Shown: piece after piece, positions 27,577 through 41,924 of the stretch
How the letters are laid out: each line of letters opens with the position of its first letter
Numbering within the stretch: the stretch's first letter is position 1
Notes under the pieces: model-generated
What the model saw: the letters and a program-made list of their open reading frames with translations, nothing else
What the model was told of the DNA's origin: nothing
The model's database searches: none
Position numbers and translations under genes: made by a program
Source of the DNA: an uncultured Chloroflexia bacterium
GTDB taxonomy: Bacteria > Chloroflexota > Limnocylindria > Limnocylindrales > CSP1-4
DNA: 64,000 nt
Assembly: GCA_963707215.1 (NCBI GenBank)
Contig: CAVPPB010000001.1
Coordinates: 576,001 to 640,000 of the forward strand
Direction of reading: 5' to 3'

Positions 27577-28269
27577 ATGCCGAGCCGTCGGCAGCTGCGG
27601 ATCCTCGTCGTTGACGACGACCCGGCGATGGTCGGGGCGATCACCGCCTTGGTCGGCACGGAGGGCCATCAGGTCGTGACCGCCTACGACGGGATCAGCG
27701 CGGTCAAGCGGGTCGAGGATGAGGCACCCGATCTCGTGCTGCTCGACCTGGCGATGCCTGGCCCTGACGGTTACTCGGTAGCCGGGCGCATCAGGGCACT
27801 GGGTCGTATCCCGATCATCGTCGTCTCGGGCGAGAGCAGCGAGCCAGCCAAGGTGCGGGCCCTCGAGCTGGGGGCCGACGACTACCTCGTCAAGCCGTTC
27901 GGCAAGGCCGAGCTGCTCGCCCGCATCAACGCGGTCATGCGTCGGGTGGACGAGAGCGGGGCGAGCGCAGGCCCCCTCCATGCCGGAACGCTCGAGATCG
28001 ACCCGGGTCGGGTCGAGGCCAGGATCGGCTCGACGGTCCTCCCGTTGACGCCCACCGAGTATCGCCTCCTCGAGGCGCTTGTCCGGGCGGGTGGCGACGT
28101 CGTGCCCCAGGCCCGGCTCGCGCGGGCCGGCTGGCCAAGCGATCCCGATCCCGACGTTCTCTGGCTCAAGCCGCACCTGACCCGCCTGCGGGCGAAGCTC
28201 GGTGTCGCCGGCGGACCGACCGTCGTCGCGGTCCGGGGGTCCGGCTACCGGATCGACGGCGGTCGTTGA
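27577..28269 (+). CDS. OmpR/KdpE-family response regulator
   Basis: VVDDD, LLDLAMP, GADDYLVKPF, LTPTEYRLL, VRGSGYR. Confidence 0.92.
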   Translation: MPSRRQLRILVVDDDPAMVGAITALVGTEGHQVVTAYDGISAVKRVEDEAPDLVLLDLAMPGPDGYSVAGRIRALGRIPIIVVSGESSEPAKVRALELGADDYLVKPFGKAELLARINAVMRRVDESGASAGPLHAGTLEIDPGRVEARIGSTVLPLTPTEYRLLEALVRAGGDVVPQARLARAGWPSDPDPDVLWLKPHLTRLRAKLGVAGGPTVVAVRGSGYRIDGGR

Positions 28270-28350
28270 GCCCGAGCGGAGGCGCGGCGATCATGGATGG
28301 CCGCACGCGCCCGGGGACCGCGAAGGCGGCCGCCCGTCGCGGCCGCGGGC

Positions 28351-28581
28351 CTAGGCGAGGTGCGACGCTGCCGCCTCACCGCTGCCGTCGTGAGCCAGCT
28401 CGGCGCAGTCCACGCGGCACCCGCGGGCATCGCGGCCACCCAGCGCACCGAAGTGGAACCAGGTGCTGCCATCGGACGGACCCACGAGCTGCAGTCGGCA
28501 GCCGCAGGCAGCGCAGGTCACCGGGCCGATGCCGTCTCGACGCGCCGAGAAGGAAGGGCGGGGATCGGTCATGTCGTACAT
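28351..28581 (-). CDS. Small Cys/His-rich putative metal-binding protein (76 aa)
   Basis: C-terminal part of a spurious long ORF. GGAGG precedes ATG 28581; CAACGCRL..WFHF..GCRVDCAELAH. Confidence 0.6.
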   Translation of the reverse strand: MYDMTDPRPSFSARRDGIGPVTCAACGCRLQLVGPSDGSTWFHFGALGGRDARGCRVDCAELAHDGSGEAAASHLA

Positions 28582-28652
28582 CCTCGGGTCCTCCGCAGAG
28601 GGGTGGTGGCGGGGTCTGACCGGGAGCGACGCTGGCCCACGGTCCTCCGAAC

Positions 28653-33224
<4,572 letters not shown>

Positions 33225-33435
33225 CTCTTCCTCCGCTGGGCCGGGACTGGCCCGGGTCCCGGGTCCACCGCGGCCGGCATGGCGCGGCGGTCCACCGGAC
33301 CGAGGCTAGGTCGACCTCGACGGTCCGTCGACGCAGGTCACGGGCCGGCTGGGTCGCGACCCGGGTGCGACACTCTGCCCGGCCGTCACCGGCTCGCAAC
33401 CGGACGACCGAGCGGCGGGCCGCTACAGTCGTCCC

Positions 33436-34257
33436 ATGGATCCCGCACAGGGGCGACTCGCCGGGAAGGCCTGTCTGGTGACCGGCGCGACCGGGATGGC
33501 CGGCGCTGCGGCGCGTCGCTTCGCGGCCGAGGGAGCCTCGGTCTTCGTGCTCTCGCTGCTCGCCGAGGACTGCCGGTCGCTCGCCGAGGCCATCTCGAAC
33601 GATGGCGGTCGGGCAGCCTGGCGCGTCGCCGACCTGACCGACGAGGACCAGGCCGTGGCCGGGGTCGCGGCTGCCGTGGAGGCCTTCGGTCGGATCGACG
33701 GGCTCTTCGCCGTTGCGGGCGGCAGCGGCCGGCGGTTCGGCGACGGGCCGGCGCACGGGGTATCCCTGGAGGCCTGGCACCGGACGATGGACCTGAATGC
33801 GACGCCGGCGTTCCTGGCCGCTCGCGAGGTCGTCCGGGTCATGATCGACCAGGAGCCGGGTGCGGCCGGCAGCCGCGGAGCGCTCGTGCTCATGGGCAGC
33901 GTGGCGGCCTTCCATCCGTCCCCCACCCGCTTCGAGACCGCCGCCTATGCCGCCAGCAAGGGGGCGATCGACAGCCTGGGTCGCGCGATGGCGGCCTACT
34001 ACGCGCCGCTTGGGATCCGGGTCAACGTGCTGGCGCCGGCGACCGTCGACACACCGATGGCCAGGCGGGCGGCCGACGACCCGGCGACCGCCGATTACGT
34101 GCGCTGGAAGCAGCCGCTGGCGGGCGGGTTCATGCCCCCCGAGGACGTCGCGTCCGCGGCGCTCTATCTGCTCTCGGACGAGTCGCGCTTCGTGACCGGC
34201 CAGACGCTGATCGTCGATGCCGGCTGGTCGGTGACGGGCGACGGGCCGCCCGGGTGA
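33436..34257 (+). CDS. SDR family oxidoreductase
   Basis: TGATGMAG, YAASKG, IRVNVLAP, VDAG. Confidence 0.92.
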   Translation: MDPAQGRLAGKACLVTGATGMAGAAARRFAAEGASVFVLSLLAEDCRSLAEAISNDGGRAAWRVADLTDEDQAVAGVAAAVEAFGRIDGLFAVAGGSGRRFGDGPAHGVSLEAWHRTMDLNATPAFLAAREVVRVMIDQEPGAAGSRGALVLMGSVAAFHPSPTRFETAAYAASKGAIDSLGRAMAAYYAPLGIRVNVLAPATVDTPMARRAADDPATADYVRWKQPLAGGFMPPEDVASAALYLLSDESRFVTGQTLIVDAGWSVTGDGPPG

Positions 34258-35582
34258 GCGGCTCGACCGGCATCCCGGTCATCGCCGAGGCGGACGTCGT
34301 CGTCGTCGGCTCGGGATCGGCCGGGTCGAGCGCCGCGATCGCCGCCGGGCGGGCCGGGGCCTCCGTCATCCTCGTCGAGAAGCTGCCCTTCCTGGGTGGG
34401 ACCTCGACCGCCGTCCTCGATACCTTCTACGGCTTCTACACGCCCGGCTCGGCTGCCCGGAAGGTCGTCGGCGGGATCGCCGACGATGTCGTCGCCGGCT
34501 TGCAGCTGCTGGGGCCGGTCGTCGAGCGGCCCAACTCGTACGGGGCCGGCACTGGCGTGACCTACCTTGCCGAGCACCTGAAGGTGGTCTGGGAGCGACT
34601 TGCCCTGGCCGCCGGGGTCCGGATCCTGCTTCACGCCTTCGTCCAGGACGTCGACGTCCGCCATGGACGGGTCGAGGCGGTCGTCGTGGCGACGAAGGCG
34701 GGTCTGCGGCGGGTCCGCGGCCGCGTCTTCGTCGACGCCTCGGGCGATGCCGACCTCTGCCACTTCGCCGGCTTCGGTTACGAGGTGGCCGGCGAGCTCG
34801 ATCCGGCGCAGACGGCGACGACGACCTTCCGGATGGTGAACGTCGACCAGGAACGCCGGCGAGCGCTCCCCAAGTCGCGTCTGGACGAGCTGATGGCAGC
34901 GGCCGCCTCGGACGGTGGCTACGACCTGCCCCGCCGCGAGGGAAGCGACCATGTGACCCCGATCGATGGGATGACAGCAACGGTCATGACCCGCCTTGAC
35001 TCGGTCCGGCAGGAGGACGACGGACGCCTCGTCAACGTCACCGACCCATGGTTCCTGACCGAAGCCGAGATGGCCGGCCGCCGCCAGGCGTTGGAGTACG
35101 CGCGCTTCCTCGTCGACCGGGTGCCCGGCTACGAACGGGCGTCCCTCGTTGCGCTCGGCACCCAGGTCGGCGTCCGGGAGACCCGCCGCGTCCACGGCGA
35201 CCACCGCCTGACGCGTGACGAGGTCCTCGGCGCCGCCCAGTTCGACGACCAGGTCGGGCTCTGCGGTGCGCCGATCGAGGATCATCACGGCGGGGCGGAC
35301 ACCCGCTGGCAGTACCTCCCCGACGGTGCCGTCGTCGGGATCCCCTACCGCGCGCTGGTGGTGCGCGACGCGGCCAACGTCCTGGTCGCCGGGCGATGCT
35401 TCAGCGCTACCCACGATGCCCACGCCTCGGTGCGCTCGATGGCCCAGTGCATGGCCATGGGCCAGGCGGCCGGGACGGCTGCTGCCCTCTCGAGCGAGGC
35501 GTCCGTCGATCCACGTGACCTGCCGATCCACCTGCTGACGTCGCGGCTGCGGGACGACGGCGCGATCCTCGACGCCCCCTGA
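34254..35582 (+). CDS. FAD-dependent oxidoreductase (FAD_oxidored family)
   Basis: VVVGSGSAG, LGGTST, DASGDAD, VRETRR, IPYRAL, VAGRCFS, AMGQAAG. GTGA overlap with the SDR gene. Confidence 0.9.
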   Translation: MSGSTGIPVIAEADVVVVGSGSAGSSAAIAAGRAGASVILVEKLPFLGGTSTAVLDTFYGFYTPGSAARKVVGGIADDVVAGLQLLGPVVERPNSYGAGTGVTYLAEHLKVVWERLALAAGVRILLHAFVQDVDVRHGRVEAVVVATKAGLRRVRGRVFVDASGDADLCHFAGFGYEVAGELDPAQTATTTFRMVNVDQERRRALPKSRLDELMAAAASDGGYDLPRREGSDHVTPIDGMTATVMTRLDSVRQEDDGRLVNVTDPWFLTEAEMAGRRQALEYARFLVDRVPGYERASLVALGTQVGVRETRRVHGDHRLTRDEVLGAAQFDDQVGLCGAPIEDHHGGADTRWQYLPDGAVVGIPYRALVVRDAANVLVAGRCFSATHDAHASVRSMAQCMAMGQAAGTAAALSSEASVDPRDLPIHLLTSRLRDDGAILDAP

Positions 35583-35745
35583 CACCCTCCGAAAAGGATG
35601 ATGCCGCGCCCGCGGGCTTCGCTATGATGCAGTCGCGCCGTCAGCGACCCGCCAGGGTGCGCTGCAAGCGGCCGGCGTGGATCGACGGCAGGCGATGCGT
35701 CACGAAGCCCGCGGATCCCGTCCAGACGAAGGAGGCATCTCGCCC

Positions 35746-36216
35746 GTGAGCACCCTTTCCGCGATCCGCCAGACCCTGCGCGGCGGCCCGATGGTCGCGC
35801 TCCTCGCAGCCGCCACGGTCTTCCTGGCGGCCTGCAATCAGCTGGACGACGAGGCCTTCGGTTTCTGGGACCTTCTGTGGGGCATGGTCGTCTTCTTCTT
35901 CTGGTTCATGCTGATCTGGATCTTCATCTCGATCTTCGCCGACATCTTCCGGCGCAACGATCTGTCCGGTGGATGGAAGGCGATCTGGATCCTTGCGCTG
36001 GTCCTTCTGCCCTTCCTCGGAGCGCTGATCTACATCATCGCCCGGCCCAAGGCGACTGCCCAGGACATCCAACTGATGGCCCAGGCCGAGGCGGCTCAGC
36101 AGGCCGCGGCCGGTGTCTCGACGGCTGACGAGCTGGCCAAGCTGAACCAGCTGAAGCAGTCCGGCGCCATCAATGACCAGGAGTACGAGCAGCTCAAGCA
36201 GAAGCTCATGAGCTAG
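35746..36216 (+). CDS. PLDc_N + SHOCT domain membrane protein
   Basis: AAGGAGG RBS; DIFRRNDLSGGWKAIW..PFLGALIY; ADELAKL..LKQSGAINDQEYEQLKQKL. Confidence 0.88.
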   Translation: MSTLSAIRQTLRGGPMVALLAAATVFLAACNQLDDEAFGFWDLLWGMVVFFFWFMLIWIFISIFADIFRRNDLSGGWKAIWILALVLLPFLGALIYIIARPKATAQDIQLMAQAEAAQQAAAGVSTADELAKLNQLKQSGAINDQEYEQLKQKLMS

Positions 36217-36233
36217 GTCCGGCTGGACCGATG

Positions 36234-36270
36234 GCGAGGCCCCGAGGGAGCTTCTCTCGGGGCCTTCGCG
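36234..36270 (+). terminator. Hairpin after the SHOCT gene
   Basis: GAGGCCCCGAGGGA-gctt-CTCTCGGGGCCTT inverted repeat. Confidence 0.6.
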
Positions 36271-36352
36271 TTCCCCGGCCGCCGGTCGGATCGGCGACGA
36301 CCGGAGGACCCGGCCCCGGGGGAGAGGAGGAGGAGGAGGAGGGAGGAGCGCC

Positions 36353-37234
36353 ATGACGGCTCCTGTGATCACGCCGACGGACACGGACCGCAGCCAGACC
36401 GCCAGCGAGAGCGCCTACGAGATGTTCGTGGGCGTCCTCACCATCATCTCGCTCGGCGTGATGGCCTGGATGGTCATCGTCCGCAACGAGGAAGTCTTGG
36501 CGATCCTGGTCGCGGTCGACACGCTCTTCTGCTTCGTCTTCCTGGCCGACTTCGCCCGGTCCATGGTCCGGGCGCGCGACAAGCGGGCCTACCTCTTCCC
36601 CCAGGGCATCCTGGACCTGCTCGGCAGCATCCCGGCCGTCGGGGACACGACGGTCGGCATCTTCCGCCTCTTCCGGTTCGCCCGCCTGGCCCGGGTGAGC
36701 CGACTCCTCCGGGGCAAGGGAGCCGCCGCCCTGGCCCGTGACTTCTTCGCCGACCGCCAGGAGACCGCGCTCTACCTGATCACGATCCTGGTGATCCTGG
36801 TCCTGCTCTTCGGCAGCATCTTCGTCGTCTACGCGGAGAACGGGGCGGCGGACGCGAACATCGAGACGGCGTCGGACGCGGTCTGGTGGGCCTTCGTGAC
36901 GATCACGACCGTCGGCTACGGCGACCGCTACCCGGTCACCGAGGTGGGCCGTTTCGTCGCGATGCTCACGATGGCGGTCGGGATCGGCATCTTCGGCGTC
37001 GTCAGCAGCTTCCTGGCGACCTACTTCCTGTCCGGCAAGGCGAAGGACGATGAGGCGAAGGCCGCCCCGCCCGCAGCGACGGCGGTCGGCATCGCCAACG
37101 AGGTCGCCGCCCTGCGGGCCGAGATCGCCGCCCTCCAGGGGCTGGTGACGACCCTCGGGGCCAGCGCCGCCGGCGCGCCACCTCCAGCCTCCCCGGAGAC
37201 CACCAGCGAGCCGGCCGAGGGACCGCCGGCGTGA
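36353..37234 (+). CDS. Voltage-gated-type potassium channel
   Basis: TTVGYGD filter; S4-like RLFRFARLARVSRLLR. Confidence 0.92.
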   Translation: MTAPVITPTDTDRSQTASESAYEMFVGVLTIISLGVMAWMVIVRNEEVLAILVAVDTLFCFVFLADFARSMVRARDKRAYLFPQGILDLLGSIPAVGDTTVGIFRLFRFARLARVSRLLRGKGAAALARDFFADRQETALYLITILVILVLLFGSIFVVYAENGAADANIETASDAVWWAFVTITTVGYGDRYPVTEVGRFVAMLTMAVGIGIFGVVSSFLATYFLSGKAKDDEAKAAPPAATAVGIANEVAALRAEIAALQGLVTTLGASAAGAPPPASPETTSEPAEGPPA

Positions 37235-38190
37235 GGACGGTCCGGACCGTCCTCGGCGACATCGAGCCGGCCGATCTCGGGATCACCTACGCCCACGAGC
37301 ACGTGGTGATCGACGGGGGCCCCCTGGTCGAGGGCGACCCCGACTTCCGCCTCGACTCCGTCGACGACGCAGTCGCGGAGCTGGCGCCGGCACGGGCGCT
37401 GGGGCTCGGGGCCATCGTCGACGCGATGCCCGGTGACCTCGGCCGCAACGCCCGGAAGTTGGCCGAGATCGGTCGGCGCAGCGGGGTCCACGTCGTGGCC
37501 TCGACCGGCGCCCACATCGCGGACTTCTACGAGGCCGACCATTGGAGCCTCACCGCGGGCGAGGACGACCTGGCCGCCCGCTTCGTGAGCGAGATCGCGG
37601 CGGGCATCGACGATGGCGACCCGGACGACCGCCTCGCCGGGCACCGGGCCGGGGTCATCAAGGTCGGCGGCTCGCGCGACATGTCGTCGGACCGGGACCG
37701 GCGGGTCTTCCGGGCTGCCGCCGCGGCCCAGCGAGCGACGGGTTGCCCGATCCTCACCCACTGCACCGACGGGCGCGGCGGCCTCGAGCAGCTGGAGCTC
37801 CTGATGGCCTCGGGCGCCGACCCGGGCCACGTCGTCCTGTCGCACGCCGACAAGGTCGTCGACCGCGGCTACCACCGAGAGCTGCTGGCCAGCGGTGCCT
37901 CGGTCGAGTACGACCAGGCCTTCCGCTGGCAGGCCGACCAGGAGAATGGGACCCTGACCCTGGTCGCCTGGATGCTCGAGGATGGTTTCGGCGATCGGCT
38001 GATGCTGGGCCTCGATGCGGCCCGTCGCAGCTACTGGACGGTCCACGGCGGCAGCCCCGGCTGGACCTATCTCCTGGGACCCTTCAGCACGACGCTGGCC
38101 GAGCGCGGGATCGACGAGGGTGCTCGCCGGCGCATCCTCGTCGACACGCCGGCCCGGGTCTACGCCTTCTCGGCGACCGCAGCCGGATGA
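37231..38190 (+). CDS. Phosphotriesterase-like lactonase family protein
   Basis: RTVLGDI, HEH, VIKVG, LTHC, LSHAD, LGLD metal ligands. Confidence 0.9.
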   Translation: MRTVRTVLGDIEPADLGITYAHEHVVIDGGPLVEGDPDFRLDSVDDAVAELAPARALGLGAIVDAMPGDLGRNARKLAEIGRRSGVHVVASTGAHIADFYEADHWSLTAGEDDLAARFVSEIAAGIDDGDPDDRLAGHRAGVIKVGGSRDMSSDRDRRVFRAAAAAQRATGCPILTHCTDGRGGLEQLELLMASGADPGHVVLSHADKVVDRGYHRELLASGASVEYDQAFRWQADQENGTLTLVAWMLEDGFGDRLMLGLDAARRSYWTVHGGSPGWTYLLGPFSTTLAERGIDEGARRRILVDTPARVYAFSATAAG

Positions 38191-38209
38191 GCTGATGGAG
38201 GGCGACCCG

Positions 38210-39250
38210 ATGACCGACCCCCTCGGCGGCGGACTGACGACCAGCGTCGTCGGTTCGTACGCCCACCCATCGTGGCTGGTGGCGGCCATGGAGGCAGCCG
38301 GGCGCGGCGAGCTGGGGCCTGCCGACATCGAGGAGACCCTCGACGACGCCGTGGGCACGGCGATCCGCGACCAGGAAGAGGCCGGGATCGACGTCGTCTC
38401 GGACGGAGAGATGCGCCGGGCCGGCTTCTTCACGGCCGAGTTCTATCGCCACCTCCGCGGCCTGCGGGCGCTGGCGCCGGAGCGCAGGCTGGGTCCCGGC
38501 GGCCATGACCAGCAGCATCGCTTCGAGGCCCTCGAGCCGATCGCAGCCCCGGATGGCCTGGGTGTCGTCGCCGAGTTCCAAGCGGCCCGGCAGCGGACCC
38601 GACGGCCACTCAAGGTGACGCTCCCGGGGCCGTTCACCCTGTCGGGGCGACTCCGGACCGGCCCGGGTGAGGTCTACCCGGATCGCCTTGCGGCCGCCGA
38701 GGCCTTCGTGCCGATCCTCGATGCCGAGGTCCGGGCGCTCGTGGCGAGCGGCGCCACCTTCATCCAGGTGGACGAGCCGTCACCGGCCATCCACCCGGAC
38801 GCACCGGCCGACTTCGTGGCGCTCATGGCCGCCTCCGTCGCAGCGGCGAGCTCGGCACCCGGCGTCCGCCTGGGAGCCCACCTCTGCTTCGGCAACTTCC
38901 TCGGCCGACCGCTCGCCAGGCGGACCTACCGCCCGATCCTCGACCGCCTGCTGCGCTTCCCGGTCGACGAGCTCGCGCTGGAGTTCGCCAACCGAGAGAT
39001 GACCGAGCTCGACGTCCTCGAGGCCGCGGCGGAGCGGTTCGACCTGGCCATCGGCGTCGTCGACGTGAAGAGCTACTACCTCGAGACACCCGAGGACGTC
39101 GCCGAGCGGATCGAGCTCCTCCTCCGGCACGTGCCCGCGGAACGCCTCTCGCTCGTCCCCGACTGCGGCTTCAGCCAGACCGCCCGGTGGGCGGCGCGGG
39201 CCAAGCTCCGGGCTCTCGTGGCGGGCCGGGACCTCGTCCGCGGTAGCTGA
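38210..39250 (+). CDS. Cobalamin-independent methionine synthase II (core MetE-like) protein
   Basis: VVGSY, SDGEMRR, IQVDEP, HLCFGN, LEFA, PDCG Zn ligands. GGAGG precedes ATG 38210. Confidence 0.9.
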   Translation: MTDPLGGGLTTSVVGSYAHPSWLVAAMEAAGRGELGPADIEETLDDAVGTAIRDQEEAGIDVVSDGEMRRAGFFTAEFYRHLRGLRALAPERRLGPGGHDQQHRFEALEPIAAPDGLGVVAEFQAARQRTRRPLKVTLPGPFTLSGRLRTGPGEVYPDRLAAAEAFVPILDAEVRALVASGATFIQVDEPSPAIHPDAPADFVALMAASVAAASSAPGVRLGAHLCFGNFLGRPLARRTYRPILDRLLRFPVDELALEFANREMTELDVLEAAAERFDLAIGVVDVKSYYLETPEDVAERIELLLRHVPAERLSLVPDCGFSQTARWAARAKLRALVAGRDLVRGS

Positions 39251-39278
39251 CGCGGATCGCCCTCCCGGGCCGACCCGG

Positions 39279-40280
39279 TCAGACGTCGACGGGTCCGGTC
39301 GGACCGACGTAGCGCCAAGCGACCGTCCGGTCACGTCGACGGTTCGCGCTGACCCTGCCGGCCTCGGCAAGCTCCTCGAGGTGGCCGACCAGGGCGCCCG
39401 CCAGGAGCGGTCGGGCCGCCGGTGGCCACGCCCCGAGGTCGGGCGCGATCCGCTCGACGAGAGCCCGGGTCGTCATCGGCCGCCGGGCGGCCCTCAGGCG
39501 GGCGACGGCGGCCGCTTCGACAGCCTGGGCGAAGGTCCGGCTGAGCATCAGGAACGCCGACACCTCTCCGTGGCGGAGCACCGGCACATGGCCGGTCAGC
39601 AGCAGCTCGGGCCGCATCGCCTCGAGCTCCGCGATCGTGGCCTGGTAGGCGCTCACGTGCCGGTAGGTCGGCGGGACCAGGGGTCGCCCGTCGGTCGCCG
39701 GGATGCCGGCACCGAGGACCGCGTCGCCGACGATGGCCGCCCGGGCCCAGGGGACCCAGACCGACAGGCTGCCCCACGAGTGGCCGGGCGTGTGGACCAG
39801 CTCGACGAAACGGTCGCCTCCCAGCCGGAGCACCTCGCCGCCATCGACGATGAGATCCACCGGCACGGTCCGGGTGACCTCGATGCACCAGGCGATGCGG
39901 GCCTCGTCGGCATCGATCCCGTGATCCTCGGCGAGCTCCGCGTACCGCTCGTCGACGAGCCGACCGACGTCCTCGATCAGCTCGACGTCCTCGGCGTGGG
40001 CCACGGACCGGCCTCGCGGAGCGAGCTCGCGCAGCGCTGCGGCGCCTCCGATGTGCTCGACGTCGCCGTGGGTCAGCACGACCCAGTCGATCCGGCCGGG
40101 TTCGATGTCCACCGACGCGAGATAGGGCGCGATCGACGCCCGTGGGGTAGGGTCGATCCCAGTGTCGACCAGGAGGACCGCGTCATCGCCCACCACCAGG
40201 TGGCAGGCCACGATCCGCTCCCCGACCGGCGCCTCGATGCGGTGGACGCCGGGCGCGACCTCGAAGCCTCGACCCTCCAT
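39279..40280 (-). CDS. MBL-fold metallo-hydrolase
   Basis: LVDTG, THGDVEHIGG, HTPGHS, VGDA, TGH. GAGGAGG RBS. Confidence 0.85.
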   Translation of the reverse strand: MEGRGFEVAPGVHRIEAPVGERIVACHLVVGDDAVLLVDTGIDPTPRASIAPYLASVDIEPGRIDWVVLTHGDVEHIGGAAALRELAPRGRSVAHAEDVELIEDVGRLVDERYAELAEDHGIDADEARIAWCIEVTRTVPVDLIVDGGEVLRLGGDRFVELVHTPGHSWGSLSVWVPWARAAIVGDAVLGAGIPATDGRPLVPPTYRHVSAYQATIAELEAMRPELLLTGHVPVLRHGEVSAFLMLSRTFAQAVEAAAVARLRAARRPMTTRALVERIAPDLGAWPPAARPLLAGALVGHLEELAEAGRVSANRRRDRTVAWRYVGPTGPVDV

Positions 40281-40348
40281 GATCCGGGCCTCCTCGCTCG
40301 CTGCGACCAGGGTCCCCTCGCGGGTCCCGACGGCCATACGATAGGCCG

Positions 40349-41044
40349 GTGAGCGAGCCCTGGGCGAGCGCCGAACCGGCGCCCGCAACGACGACGGACC
40401 CGGCCAGCCGGCCGGCCCTCCCGGCGGCCATCGCCGACGGCCGCCTGGTCGCCATCGCCCGGCGCCGCGACCCCGCGACCATGACCGACCTCGCCGCGGC
40501 GCTCCTGGCGGGTGGGGTCGCGGCCCTGGAAGTGACGGTCGAGTCCGCCGGCGCGCTCGAGGCGATCGCCGACCTCGTGGCCCGCTTCGATCCGGGCGAC
40601 CTGCTGATCGGTGCCGGCACGGTCATCGACGCCAGGGCGGCCGAGAGGGCCGTCGCGGCCGGAGCCCGGTTCATCGTGTCTCCCACGGTCGAGCCGGACG
40701 TCCTTGCCTGGTGCCTCGCCCACGGGGTGCCCTGCCTGCCAGGCGCCATGACCCCGACCGAGATCCTCGGCGCCTGGCGTGCCGGGGCGGCGGCGGTCAA
40801 GCTCTTCCCGGCATCGACGGCCGGTCCGGCGTTCGTCCGTGAGCTGCGCGGCCCCCTGCCCGGCATCCCGATCGTGCCGACCGGCGGGATCGACGTGGAC
40901 GCCGCCCGGGCCTTCCTCGAGGCCGGAGCGGTCGCCGTCGGGGTCGGCGGCTGGCTCACCGGCAGCGGCGACCCGGCGGCCGTGCGGACCAGGGCGGCCG
41001 AGCTGGTGGCGATGGTCGCCGGGCTCCGCTCGGCCCGGACCTGA
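40349..41044 (+). CDS. eda: KDPG/KHG aldolase family
   Basis: LEVT, IGAGTV, FIVSP, PGAMTPTEI, VKLFPA, PTGGI. Confidence 0.88.
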   Translation: MSEPWASAEPAPATTTDPASRPALPAAIADGRLVAIARRRDPATMTDLAAALLAGGVAALEVTVESAGALEAIADLVARFDPGDLLIGAGTVIDARAAERAVAAGARFIVSPTVEPDVLAWCLAHGVPCLPGAMTPTEILGAWRAGAAAVKLFPASTAGPAFVRELRGPLPGIPIVPTGGIDVDAARAFLEAGAVAVGVGGWLTGSGDPAAVRTRAAELVAMVAGLRSART

Positions 41045-41224
41045 CCTGGGGCTTGCGCCCGGTCGCTAGACTTCGGCCAGTAACGGACCGCCCATGTCCG
41101 CGCCGGGAGCCTGCAGCGCTATCGAACGAGCCCAGCCCGCGGCCAAATGCCGCCGCAGACTCGCGGATGGAACCGTCATGCCCGGCCGAGGGAGCCGGGC
41201 GACCACCCACGGAGGGACTGACTC

Positions 41225-41653
41225 GTGAACAGCGTCGCCCGGCCCACGGGCATCACCATCCTTGCCATCCTGGCCCTGATCGGGGGGGTCTTCGGCGTTC
41301 TCGCCGGCCTCGCCCTGCTCTTCGGCGGGGCGCTCATCGGGGGAGCGATCGGAGGAGCCGAGGGTGCCGCCTTCGGCGGCTTCGCCTTCGTGCTCGGCCT
41401 GATCACCCTGGCCGGTGCCGCCCTGTACATCGCCTTCGCCTACGGCTCGTGGACCGCCAAGACGTACGGTTGGGCGCTCGGCATCATCGGGGCTCTCTGG
41501 AGCATCGGCACCCAGGCCTTGACCGTCCTGCTTTCCGGCGACATCGTCGGTAGCCTGATCAGCCTCAACACCATCGTCGGCCTGGCGGTCCCGATCATCA
41601 TCCTCTACTACCTGAACACGCCGAACGTGAAGGCGTACTTCGGCCGCGCTTAG
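41225..41653 (+). CDS. Four-helix membrane protein of unknown function
   Basis: RPTGITILAIL N-terminus, YYLNTPNVKAYF C-terminus; GGAGG RBS. Confidence 0.85.
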   Translation: MNSVARPTGITILAILALIGGVFGVLAGLALLFGGALIGGAIGGAEGAAFGGFAFVLGLITLAGAALYIAFAYGSWTAKTYGWALGIIGALWSIGTQALTVLLSGDIVGSLISLNTIVGLAVPIIILYYLNTPNVKAYFGRA

Positions 41654-41924
41654 GCCGACCCGGGCGCCTGAGCGCCCAACCGGGCGCCTCAGCGCCCACC
41701 AGCTGCCCGACGCGGTCCGGTCACCCGGGCCGCGTCGTCGTGTTCGACTGCCCGTCGCCCGAACGCACCACCTCGGACCGTCCGGACTGGTCACCGGGCG
41801 GGCCCTGTGGCAGAGTGACGGGCACGTCGGCCGGGTCGGGAGGATCCGGCCGCCATGCCGAGCCGGGTGCGCCGACCCGGGACCCGCCGCCGATCCGAGC
41901 CGGCGCGTGGAGGATCGACTGCCG

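Noticed and set aside
41048-41066. GGGGCTTGCG resembling half of the rifamycin-associated element
   Set aside because: The second half does not form the palindrome, and it is ~1.9 kb and two genes away from the RPH-like gene.
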